Source: Andalucia godoyi And28 (Eukaryota > Protista > Jakobida). From it: a DNA stretch of 46,367 nt. Both the position numbers and the translations under genes were made by a program. Shown here piece after piece: positions 10,626-19,659 of the stretch (position 1 is its first letter; each line of letters starts with the position of its first letter). Below the pieces are notes generated by a model, which worked only from the letters and a program-made list of their open reading frames with translations, did no database searches and had not been told where the DNA came from. Where the stretch lies: positions 74,489 to 120,855 of the forward strand of contig VRVR01000064.1 in assembly GCA_009859145.1 (NCBI GenBank), read 5' to 3'.

Positions 10626-11012
10626 ATGCGTTTTGTGTTTTGTCTTGTGCTTTGCGCAACGATCGCTGCGGCAGTGTATGCAAGCCCTTGTGCCACTTGT
10701 GGAGGGGCGGCGCATGCTGACATTGCCTCTTCTTGCGCAAAGTTTTCCGGCTGGTCGCAGCACTGTTGCCAGTGCATTGTGGAGCATGAGTCTGGGGGAA
10801 ACTACCATGCGTGCAATGAAAATACGAATCAGTCGAAAGACGTGGGATTGTGGCAGGTGAACTCAGCAAACTGGAATGCCTGCAACGGTGGTTCGCCCCC
10901 ATGTGAGATTGAGAACAACCTGAAGTGTGCCATTGATGTTTGGCACTGGGGCGGCGGAACCTGGAAATACTGGTCCACCTGCGGCGCGTGTGGATGCTGC
11001 GGGAGCGCATGA
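10626..11012 (+). CDS. Secreted Cys-rich lysozyme-fold protein (c-type lysozyme / SLT-like)
   Basis: Signal peptide MRFVFCLVLCATIAAAVYA. CIVEHESGGN carries the catalytic Glu position. KDVGLWQVNS resembles c-type lysozyme TDYGIFQINS. NLKCAIDVW and WKYWSTC follow. 128 aa. Confidence 0.8.
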   Translation: MRFVFCLVLCATIAAAVYASPCATCGGAAHADIASSCAKFSGWSQHCCQCIVEHESGGNYHACNENTNQSKDVGLWQVNSANWNACNGGSPPCEIENNLKCAIDVWHWGGGTWKYWSTCGACGCCGSA

Positions 11013-11569
11013 TGATAAGATTTCCAGACCTCTCATTTGATGCCGAATTTGTAGTTTTTTCTTCTTCTTCTGGAGTTCTGTGTTGTTGAACATGAATAAA
11101 CAAAGGAGAAGCAATTGCGTATCTCATGTATGTCGCATTTCAGCTCTTCTCATCGCGATGCTTCTTGCACATTTTCGACGACGGCGGCGGAAGCCGAAGC
11201 AACTGAATGGCCAAGAATCACTTGCAAAAGGCCAGCTGGAAGATACTGACATCCTCCTGATGCCTTTGAGAACTCCCAATTGCCCAAAAGTCCTTCCAAT
11301 TGTCTGCTGCATGTCACCCCAGTAAATTATTAAGAAAGTGATTCATCCCATTCCATACAGTTGGAGAAGAGCCAGAATGTGTTTGTTGTCTTTCTGTGAA
11401 TAAGAACCATTGTACAGTGAAAGGCATCCAGCTTCCGCTTTGAGCATTGTGTGCCATCAGCATATCCAATGTCAAGCAATGAACTAGAATGTGCAGTATG
11501 GAATCTGGAACACATCAGAATCGTCTCCAGGAATGCCTTAAGCTGTCTTCAAAAGACACTCCTTGCTTT

Positions 11570-14500
11570 TCAGTCATACATGTCAGGTACACCCAAATCA
11601 TCTTCGAAATCGTCTTCGTCGGACGACATGTCCTTGCGCGCTCGTTTGCGCAGACCTGCCTGCTTTTTGGAAAACAGCGACGCAATGCGCTCCTTTGTGT
11701 TTCCAAGAGCTACGGTCTTTTCCGTTTTCGGCGGCTTGACAACCGGCGGCGCCTGCAGTGTCTTCAGTTTCCGCGGCACCTTTGCACCTTCCACAACAGT
11801 CTCGGGCATACGAGCTTTCCATTCCTGCATGAACCAGTCCAATTCGGGAATCCACATCTCTTCTGCGCTTCTAGACTCCAATGCACGACAGGCTTCTTCA
11901 CTGGCAGAGGCTCGCACCCGCACCTCCGCCACCCGCACCGACGCGACATTGAGATCACGCAGCAGGTAGTCGAACGATCCATTCACCCTTGCAAGGCCTG
12001 CTGCTTCGAGGTCGGGCGACGGATCAAGCCCGTCGAGGTTCGCAAGCACGACCGTCTGCACCAAAGCACGATTCTCGACATACTGCACAATGCTTCGAAG
12101 TCGGACTGCTTCCAACCGTTTTTGCTCGAGGATCACCTGCTTGCGTCGGCGGTACAATTCCAGCCGAGCAGGCACGAAGGCACGAAGGATGTCGCATGGA
12201 TGCGCGAACTTGCGAATTCGAAGGCCCTCCCCGTCCGTGGAAAACAAGTGGACATTCGAAAACGACACTTGCCCTTGCAGCCTCATCAGTTTGTATACAT
12301 CGCGACTCATTAGATCCCTGACATCCTCGGAATTATGGAACTGGATGTGGAGACAAACGCGATTCTCCTCGCTCAGATTCTGTGCATCCTGAAATGGACC
12401 GACTTTGTTCTTCGAACTTCGGTCCACCATCCACTTCTGCAACTGCTCAAACATCGGCCGAACCCATGCATGAACAGGAAGCTCGGAAATCTGCAGCGTG
12501 CGCGGACCATCGCGCTTCACGCGACCAAAGTTTGCCCACGAACACGCTGCCCCTTCCACAGGAACGATCTCTCCCGTGAAGCCTGCATACCACGGTGTCC
12601 AACCGGTGCCGAAATGCTTCTCATACCGATCCATCTCACCTTCCACTGGGGCACCGGAATCGAGGAGGAAGGCTTTCAGGCGCTGGGCGAGATCACCAGG
12701 ATGAAAATTCGGCACTTCCGTCGAAAACCCAGTCCCAATGCCGCGGGCACCATTCACAAGGATCATGGGCATGATGGGAAGCATGACCTTTGGCTCAACG
12801 TTTTGTCCTTCTTCTGAAAAGTACTCCAACAATGCCAGATCGTCGGTCGGAAACAGAATGTGCGCAATTGGATCCAGCCGCGTGAAAATGTACCGCGGCT
12901 TCGCAGCATCTTGACCGCCCATCAGTCGACTTCCAAACTGGCCAACCGGCACGAGCAAAGGAACGTTGTTGCTCCCCACAAACGACTGGGCCATGCCGAT
13001 AATCGTTTCACCCAACGACGCCTCTCCGTGGTGATACTTGGTTTGCCGAACGACCATGCCAATCAATTCCGACACGCGCATGTCCTCTCCATCGCCATCG
13101 TGTCGCAACAGCGTGTACAGCACCTTGCGCTGTGCAGGAGTCAGTCCGTCCAGCACATTCGGAATCGACCGAATGCAATCGTACAAACTCGAGGACACCA
13201 TCTCCTTTTGTAAGAAATGGTCCATTGTGATCGTTTCGGCAGCAATCTCGGAGATGCTGACATCGAGCAGGGCAGCATCGACCGTTTCCTGCTCTTTCCA
13301 GCACTCTTCCAGTACCTTGCGCCGCTCTTCGGCCTTCTTTTCCGAAAAGAAAACATCCAGCATCGACCGGTTTGTATCCGCGAAAAGAAACGAGCGTTCA
13401 TAATCCTGCGGTCGCTCAAAATACCGACGGCCTTCTTCCGTCGTCGAAGTTCCCAGTCCCTTGTAGTACTTGACACGCCACGCACGCTGCTCGTCCTCGG
13501 AGAGACCTTCAAACCACGTTCGAAACTGGCGCAACGCAAAGAACTCCTGGAAATCACTGCCATTCGAATGAACTGCTCGGATAATCGGAGTCCGCAGTTC
13601 TTTCAAGAAATCCGGAATGCGAACAACCAAGTGTGGCCAGAAGAATTGGAAGAAGTTCAGCAGCAGACCCTTGATGTGCAACCCGTCGTGGTCCTGGTCG
13701 GTCATCAGCACCACGTGGCCATAGTGCAACGTATTCAGCTCGGCATCGTTGTCGTAAACAAGATCGAAACTGAGATTGAGTGCCTTCACAATGTTTTTCA
13801 CTTCTTCGTTGTCCAGGACATCTTCCCGCGAGACTTCGCAGACGTTCAGAAACTTGCCCCGCAGCGGGTACACGCCAAAATGTCTTTTTTGATCGGTCGA
13901 CAAAGAATTGCTCACCAGCGCCATGGCCGAGTCGCCCTCCGTCAAGATCAAGGAACACTGGCGCCGCTGGTCTGTTCCCGCAAGAGCCGCATTCTGCAGC
14001 TTGGGAACATCAAGAGCGCTGCCGACGCGGAGGTTCGAAAAGCGGATGTCGTCCTGCTTCAACTTTTGAATGATCGCCTTGGTCACACTCTCAACGAAGC
14101 GATTTTGGACCAGTTTTTGCACAGTCTGCTTCGCAAGGCCTCCGTTCCACACCGGCAATTCCGAAAGATTGAGAAATTTGACCAGCTCTTCCTTGGTTTG
14201 TGACGAAAACTCGGGATTGTGCAGTTGGCAGCAAACGACAACTTGCATGACTTGGCGAAAATGCGTGAGGTTTGCATTTGCGCATTTCTTCCTCACTTCG
14301 TCCGACACCCCGTTGTTCCAGAGCCCATCGATGATCATCTTCACATGCTCGCCGCCACCGGACGTGAAAATGCCGTTCACAATGGATACTTGTTGCAACT
14401 CGCGGCCCAACGGCTGAATGGCGAACACCACCAACAATCGATTAGCAACGATGGGGAGGAACACGGCATCCGGAAAGAATGCTCTCGCGTACTGCTGTGT

Positions 14501-15286
14501 AGTCGGCAAAAGATCCGAGCAGCTGACATCATGCGTCCACGTGCCATCGGAACCACTCCGGAAATGCACATGCACGTTGCGCCCGATCATGTGAAGGTAT
14601 GCAGAAACATCCAAGACCCGTCGAAAGAACAGTGACACAAGATCGTCCGAAATATGCTCCAGTCCCATTCGCCCAAGATCGGGGATGAAGGTCACACAGA
14701 CGGAGGGTTGGGAAGCGGGTGCGGGATTCAAAACGGGTGGGGTGTATTCGCTCATGTTGTTGCCCCACTCCTGCTTGTACTCGGTATTGCCATCGCACAA
14801 GTCGACTGAAAACTTGCTTGAGAACACATTGGCAAGCTTGGCTCCGTACCCATTGCGTCCGCCCACCACACGCGCAGTATTGTCCTCGAAATTCGAGGAG
14901 GACATGAATTCCGCAAACACAACTTCCGGGACGTATAAATGCGTCCTCTGGTGATGGGGCTGCAGTTCCACGCAACCGCCATTGTTGTACACGGAAATGG
15001 AATCTGCGTTTCGATCAATTGTAACGCGAATCTCGGTGACGCGCGGCTCCTGCACCGCAAAATCCGAGGCATTGACGAGAACTTCGTCAAAGATCTTAAG
15101 AAGTGCTGGCGAGACCTGCACATTCGGGTGCTTGACCATGCATCGAGCATTCACATCAAAAACCCACGCTTCAACCGGTTTGACCGTGAGCGCGCCGACA
15201 TACGTATCTGGACGAGTGAGAATGTGCACCCTGTGATCCAGAATTTGCACTCGAGAATTCGACGAAGATGAAGCAGCGGTTTCCAT
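11570..15286 (-). CDS. TOP2: Type IIA DNA topoisomerase (eukaryote-like single chain, short C-terminal tail)
   Basis: GHKL ATPase: FDEVLVNASD, SSNF...GGRNGYGAKLANVFS. TOPRIM: LILTEGDSA, PLRGKFLNV, MTDQDHDG, YYKGLGTS. Breakage-reunion core: RSIP..DGL, YHHGEASL, GQFGSR, PRY (catalytic Tyr), NGARGIGTGFS. 1238 aa, no introns. Confidence 0.96.
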   Translation of the reverse strand: METAASSSSNSRVQILDHRVHILTRPDTYVGALTVKPVEAWVFDVNARCMVKHPNVQVSPALLKIFDEVLVNASDFAVQEPRVTEIRVTIDRNADSISVYNNGGCVELQPHHQRTHLYVPEVVFAEFMSSSNFEDNTARVVGGRNGYGAKLANVFSSKFSVDLCDGNTEYKQEWGNNMSEYTPPVLNPAPASQPSVCVTFIPDLGRMGLEHISDDLVSLFFRRVLDVSAYLHMIGRNVHVHFRSGSDGTWTHDVSCSDLLPTTQQYARAFFPDAVFLPIVANRLLVVFAIQPLGRELQQVSIVNGIFTSGGGEHVKMIIDGLWNNGVSDEVRKKCANANLTHFRQVMQVVVCCQLHNPEFSSQTKEELVKFLNLSELPVWNGGLAKQTVQKLVQNRFVESVTKAIIQKLKQDDIRFSNLRVGSALDVPKLQNAALAGTDQRRQCSLILTEGDSAMALVSNSLSTDQKRHFGVYPLRGKFLNVCEVSREDVLDNEEVKNIVKALNLSFDLVYDNDAELNTLHYGHVVLMTDQDHDGLHIKGLLLNFFQFFWPHLVVRIPDFLKELRTPIIRAVHSNGSDFQEFFALRQFRTWFEGLSEDEQRAWRVKYYKGLGTSTTEEGRRYFERPQDYERSFLFADTNRSMLDVFFSEKKAEERRKVLEECWKEQETVDAALLDVSISEIAAETITMDHFLQKEMVSSSLYDCIRSIPNVLDGLTPAQRKVLYTLLRHDGDGEDMRVSELIGMVVRQTKYHHGEASLGETIIGMAQSFVGSNNVPLLVPVGQFGSRLMGGQDAAKPRYIFTRLDPIAHILFPTDDLALLEYFSEEGQNVEPKVMLPIMPMILVNGARGIGTGFSTEVPNFHPGDLAQRLKAFLLDSGAPVEGEMDRYEKHFGTGWTPWYAGFTGEIVPVEGAACSWANFGRVKRDGPRTLQISELPVHAWVRPMFEQLQKWMVDRSSKNKVGPFQDAQNLSEENRVCLHIQFHNSEDVRDLMSRDVYKLMRLQGQVSFSNVHLFSTDGEGLRIRKFAHPCDILRAFVPARLELYRRRKQVILEQKRLEAVRLRSIVQYVENRALVQTVVLANLDGLDPSPDLEAAGLARVNGSFDYLLRDLNVASVRVAEVRVRASASEEACRALESRSAEEMWIPELDWFMQEWKARMPETVVEGAKVPRKLKTLQAPPVVKPPKTEKTVALGNTKERIASLFSKKQAGLRKRARKDMSSDEDDFEDDLGVPDMYD

Positions 15287-15490
15287 GAGAGAAACGCGAT
15301 GAATGCGATTATCATTGCAGAATGAAAAGGGAACAGGGGAAAGGCGGGTTCTGCGATTTGGTGAGTCGGCGAAATTCAGGAATCCTACCGGTCACTTGAT
15401 GCACCGTTTTCCCAGACTCACCGATATTTTCCATTTTTCCTCCCTTTTTCTTCGCGTTTTTTCTTCCATATTTCCCGTGAGGTGTCAAAA

Positions 15491-16084
15491 ATGTCCATGA
15501 CAAGCCGTGCAGTTTCGTCTTTGTTGAATATTCCACACAAGGATCGGAAAAGACTGAAAGACCGGCAATCAGAGGTTCTCGAAAGTGGCGTGAACCGGCT
15601 GTTTCGCTCGGTGCCCTATGCCGGCGAATTTTCCGAATTGCTGGTCGTGACGATGCACTGCCCAAAGTTCAGCAAGAAGGGCATCGACTTGAGCATGCAG
15701 GTTCGTGAAAACACCGGTGGTCGATTTACCAGCTCGCGGTTCACCAACCCAGATGCCGAGGATGCTTCGATGGACGCAGTTGCATTGCAAATACCGGCAA
15801 AACGACCGGCGCAGACAGAATCGTTGCTCGAGTTTCTGGACCGCAAGCTACAAGCCGGCACTTCCACAACGCTCGCGAACGCCTTACAGGAATACGTCAA
15901 TGAGGAGACCAAGAGAGGACGGAAGCGAGTGCGTCTTTGCTCGGAACACGACGAACTCATGCAGAAGGCAGAAGCAATCGAAAAAGCCGAGGGAGCAGAT
16001 GCATCGAGCAGTCGCAGGAAGCATTCCTCGATGCAGAGGCGCGCATATGGGCGCACGAAACGGGAGGCCCATAAAGTAGAATGA
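15491..16084 (+). CDS. Hypothetical basic, probably nuclear protein; head-to-head with TOP2; has a decayed paralog at about 41880-42315
   Basis: First in-frame ATG is 15491 (the track starts at GTG 15482). NLS-like KRGRKRVR. Conserved blocks shared with the second locus support coding status. Confidence 0.62.
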   Translation: MSMTSRAVSSLLNIPHKDRKRLKDRQSEVLESGVNRLFRSVPYAGEFSELLVVTMHCPKFSKKGIDLSMQVRENTGGRFTSSRFTNPDAEDASMDAVALQIPAKRPAQTESLLEFLDRKLQAGTSTTLANALQEYVNEETKRGRKRVRLCSEHDELMQKAEAIEKAEGADASSSRRKHSSMQRRAYGRTKREAHKVE

Positions 16085-16450
16085 AGCGACTTTGGTGCGG
16101 AGTATTTCCTTCACTTCCATTTTTGGGTCACTCAATGCACCCTGCAGACGATGCAGCTTTGTGAGTGCCAGTCAGTTACGGGTTCTGTTTTACTGAGCCC
16201 CCGGGGATGGAAGCGGCTGTCGCAGATACTTGAAACGGCAGTATTTCCAAGACCGGATGGATTCTTTGCAGGCTGTGGTTGTCCATCCATCTTTACTCGG
16301 CTTTACGTGCTGCGAGTAACGACTATTTCTATTTCAGGCTGGGGTTCAATAACAGACTTTATGAAATAGAGGAACAAGTCGATAATTCATTTTTCGTAGA
16401 TACCCGTAACGCATTGGGGTGTCTGGGCAGTTTCAGATGCTCGAGCCTCG

Positions 16451-16600
16451 CTAACGAACTTTTGAAGCTCCGCAGCTGCCGCAACGGGTTCCGGTGTATT
16501 TGTTGTATCCGCCTTTGCAGTTGCTCGCGGTACAGTGCTTCGCTCCGCATCCGCTGCAGACGTGCAACTGGTTACCACCACACTTATCACAAGCTCCCAT
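16451..16600 (-). CDS. 49-aa Cys/Gly-rich microprotein (zinc-finger or metallothionein-like), below the ORF-track cutoff
   Basis: ATG 16600 to TAG 16453-16451: MGACDKCGGNQLHVCSGCGAKHCTASNCKGGYNKYTGTRCGSCGASKVR. Eight Cys, arranged CxxC-x7-CxxC-x4-C-x4-C-x11-CxxC. Confidence 0.6.
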   Translation of the reverse strand: MGACDKCGGNQLHVCSGCGAKHCTASNCKGGYNKYTGTRCGSCGASKVR

Positions 16601-17325
16601 CCTTGCAACTCTTTATTACTTTGCTAGATAACAGACAAAGAACGTGTAGACCGAGCAAAGGAGGCCAGAACCAAGAAAAATCAGAACAAAATGCTTTTTT
16701 AATGTTTGCGGAAAGATTCAGGTGCTTGCCTTCTTAACGACTTTTTTCTGATCAGACGACATTCTACAAATTTGTATGGTGGACGGTAATGATGAATCTA
16801 CCCGCACAAGCAGACTCGTTCGTTGGCGCGTACGCTGTTCAGCTTCCATTCCGCCGGCAGCGTCCGTTTGCTTTGCAGGTTAGAATGGGGCTCAAAATAC
16901 GAAGTATTACTGAGCAGAAAATCAATTATGAAAGTCGTATGCGCAACTTGGAACTCATTTTTTACAAATCCGAAAGCAGACCTAGGCACGACCAGGACAA
17001 GTCATGAGCGAATTGCCATTCGACGGATTGTGCTGTTCTTCCTTGTTGACCCGACCAGCCGGATTGTCTCCACCGCAGACGTTGTGCATTTGCCACACAC
17101 AGTACTGAACAACGAAGCAAGGTGCAGGATCCGTCTCGGCATGATAGTGGAGCGATCTGCCGCCAAAAAGGACCTGAACGAGGAACTGTCGCGCAACTTT
17201 AAATTTTGCGAGTATGGACGAGGCTGTAAAACGAGCCACAGGACGATGGAGTTCCCCGTATAAGCGCATGCGCTGAACAAAGCCGAACCTCCCATCGTTC
17301 TTTTTCTGGTTATCCTTGCAGATTT

Positions 17326-18498
17326 TTAGTAAGACTCATTGGTAGAATGTGCGTATCCACGTCTTGCGTCGTCGCTGTAAAGGACTACTTTCGGTTGAGC
17401 AACGTACGCTGGTTCAACATGACTCCAGGCAGGTGCAGAAGGATGAGGACCAACCACGGCAGGTGCCTGATGGTGTTGAGAGGGATGGTACTCGTTGGTA
17501 GAAAAGTAAGGATTAGTACTGCTTGCAGTTGTGGGAAATCCGACATCCACTGCCGGCGACTTGGGAATAGCAGAATCTGCAGTCTGTTGGGTGGTTGGCA
17601 GATCCGAGCTACCGATCTTGGGATGCTTCCCACGGTAGACGGAAGACAATTTCAGTGCAATCAGATCAACCAACAGCGCAACTCCAAACATACCGCAGGA
17701 CGCAGCAGCGAGAGACAATCCAGGTCCATCACGAATACCTCCATTTCGAGACCCAGAACCTGGCGTAAGGGCGGAAACATTTTGGTTTGCCCGGTACTGA
17801 ATCGTGACGCCACACGCAAATACAGCTGCGAGGCAAACTAGCAAGCAGTGAAAGACGAGAAATCTTGACAAGGACACATATGACGCATACTCACGTTGAG
17901 AGTCGGGAACAGTAGCACAAAACTGGCATGCATAAGCCATAAACAACGCCCAAGTAATCGCTGAAAGGACACCAAACACAAGAGAAAAGACTGCAACAAT
18001 GTGCAACCCTGCAATCGCATCTCGATACGTTTCGAAGGCAGAACATTGACTGTACCCTGCATCACACACAACTTGAACAAAATCATTCCACTTTTTCGCA
18101 ACATGATTGGTACAAGCACCGGACACACCAGAGGATGAACAAGTGTCCACATACGCATGGGACAGAGACGCATAAAAGACTCCAAATGGTGCCGAAGCGT
18201 CTCCCAACAACTTGTTCATTAGTTCCACGTAGGTCGCAGACGCAGATGCTGGTGCTAGTTTGCTGTTCGATGTCCCTGATGCTAACCACATCACCTCGTA
18301 TGAAGGAGGGAAAGCGGCAAGGCCTATGCAAATGGTTGCCGGGACTGTGAATAGAAAAAGAAACATTGTGGTTAGAGTGATGCAAGACTGGTAAGGCTGT
18401 CCAAGAAATCCTGCTCTTCCCGGTCGATGTTGGCTTGGAAATGCAGCAGAGGACGCACCCGAATGACCGCTTCCATGAGAAGGAGGAGGAGCACGCAT
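17326..18498 (-). CDS. Four-TM membrane protein (claudin/SUR7/amastin-like tetraspan topology) with a Pro/Ser-rich C-terminal tail
   Basis: Four hydrophobic segments (FLFLFTVPATICIGLAAF; LHIVAVFSLVFGVLSAITWALF; FLVFHCLLVCLAAVFACGVTI; GPGLSLAAASCGMFGVALLVDLIAL) and a Cys-containing first extracellular loop. 390 aa. Confidence 0.68.
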   Translation of the reverse strand: MRAPPPSHGSGHSGASSAAFPSQHRPGRAGFLGQPYQSCITLTTMFLFLFTVPATICIGLAAFPPSYEVMWLASGTSNSKLAPASASATYVELMNKLLGDASAPFGVFYASLSHAYVDTCSSSGVSGACTNHVAKKWNDFVQVVCDAGYSQCSAFETYRDAIAGLHIVAVFSLVFGVLSAITWALFMAYACQFCATVPDSQREYASYVSLSRFLVFHCLLVCLAAVFACGVTIQYRANQNVSALTPGSGSRNGGIRDGPGLSLAAASCGMFGVALLVDLIALKLSSVYRGKHPKIGSSDLPTTQQTADSAIPKSPAVDVGFPTTASSTNPYFSTNEYHPSQHHQAPAVVGPHPSAPAWSHVEPAYVAQPKVVLYSDDARRGYAHSTNESY

Positions 18499-18739
18499 GT
18501 CTTTTCAGCAAATGGAAAAATTCGAGTAGCTGAAACCTCGGGAGTTGGAGACAAGGCTAGCGAAATGCAGAGTGTGCATATTTTTAGTGGGAATCGGGCA
18601 TCGACTTGACCCAAGTTTGCGTCTGCTCGAACCCAAACCTCCCGATTCAAGAAATTTGGTCTTCTTCTTCCACTCTCCATTTTTCATTCTTCTTTTACCC
18701 TTCTTTTATTACAAATTCTCTTTACCATAGCGCTGACTG

Positions 18740-19603
18740 ATGAGTTCGGCTGATCGAAATGCCGAAATTCAGAAGCTGCTACTGCAGATAGAACAGTTAC
18801 AACGGGAAACCCAACTGATTTAGTCTGAACGAGAACAGCTGCAACGGGAAAGTGACGCCCTATCCCAGCAGGAAGACAAGAATACTTTGTCTGAGCCCAC
18901 TCTGGAGCAACTGCGCCAAGTTACGGAGACTGCACGGGAAGAAACAAGGAAGGCGAGTGAAGGACTAAGGAAGTCGAAGGACGGGCTGAAAAAGATGAAA
19001 ATCGAGAAGTTTCTCTCCAATATGTCGCACAGTTTGTTGCAAGCGTATATATCGTCGAGAGGATTCATGGATTATCTTTATCGAAATGAAATTTCGTTTA
19101 AAGACATGTTTCCGTGTCTTTCCGTGCCTCCAAACTGGGACGATTTCCATGCTTTGTGGAACGAATTGGAGGAGAAACTTCCATCGGATGCGTGCTCCGA
19201 ACCGCTTCTTCAAGAGCAATTTCGGATATTCGTTTTCTCAGTTTCTCTCTCAGCATTGCAACTTGCATCTGGCAGATTTCTCGTCGGTGTGTGTGACGCA
19301 TCAGCTGGGCACGACGGAGGATCCCAATCGAAGAAATCCGAGGCTCTGACGAATGTAACCCGCCGATTTACCAGCATTGCTATCACTGCAGATGTTTTGT
19401 ACGAAACCCGGAAAAAGTGTTTCGAGGTGGGAATGGATGACTTCTTGGGGAAGCCCGTTCATCGGGAATCGTTAGATGCTGTTCTCAAGAAGCACAAGTT
19501 GAGGCTGTAGGATGAACGTCGTTCTGCGCAATGCCCTCTCCTACGTTTCCTACTGGAGCTGCATCGACGCTTAGTGTACACCCGTTTTTGGTTTTGGCAG
19601 TGA
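18740..19603 (+). pseudogene. Chimeric pseudogene: paralog of the 36615-38597 coiled-coil/nuclease/kinase gene with most of its body replaced by a 137-bp phytochrome receiver fragment
   Basis: ATG 18740 MSSADRNAEIQKLLLQIEQLQ resembles MSLSDPNDKIQELLKQFEQLK. Premature TAG at 18821-18823. WDDFHALWNE...SEPLLQEQFRIF resembles WEDFQAMWNE...PEPLLQVQFRLF, and SKKSEALTNVTRRF resembles SKLSEAIQQVYQRF. The phytochrome patch follows (19375-19511). After its TAG, the same frame reads DERRSAQCPLLRFLLELHRR, resembling the paralog C-terminus EERRPLRSFLQRLHRE. Confidence 0.85.
19375..19511 (+). repeat. Second copy of the phytochrome 3'-end segment (3945-4081)
   Basis: 136 of 137 bases identical by direct comparison. 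Confidence 0.95.
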
Positions 19604-19659
19604 CTGTCTCGGTGTCTCGGAATTATCTAAATAAATAACAAACACCGACATGAACGCTG

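Noticed and set aside
11451-15271. Long + strand ORFs over TOP2 (11489-12313, 13217-14203, 12335-12817 and others)
   Set aside because: Antisense shadows of a conserved gene with no protein motifs of their own.
16279-17295. ORFs 16279-16737, 16823-17263 and neighbours as genes
   Set aside because: The first is the antisense shadow of the 49-aa Cys-rich ORF. The others have no recognisable motif or paralog support.
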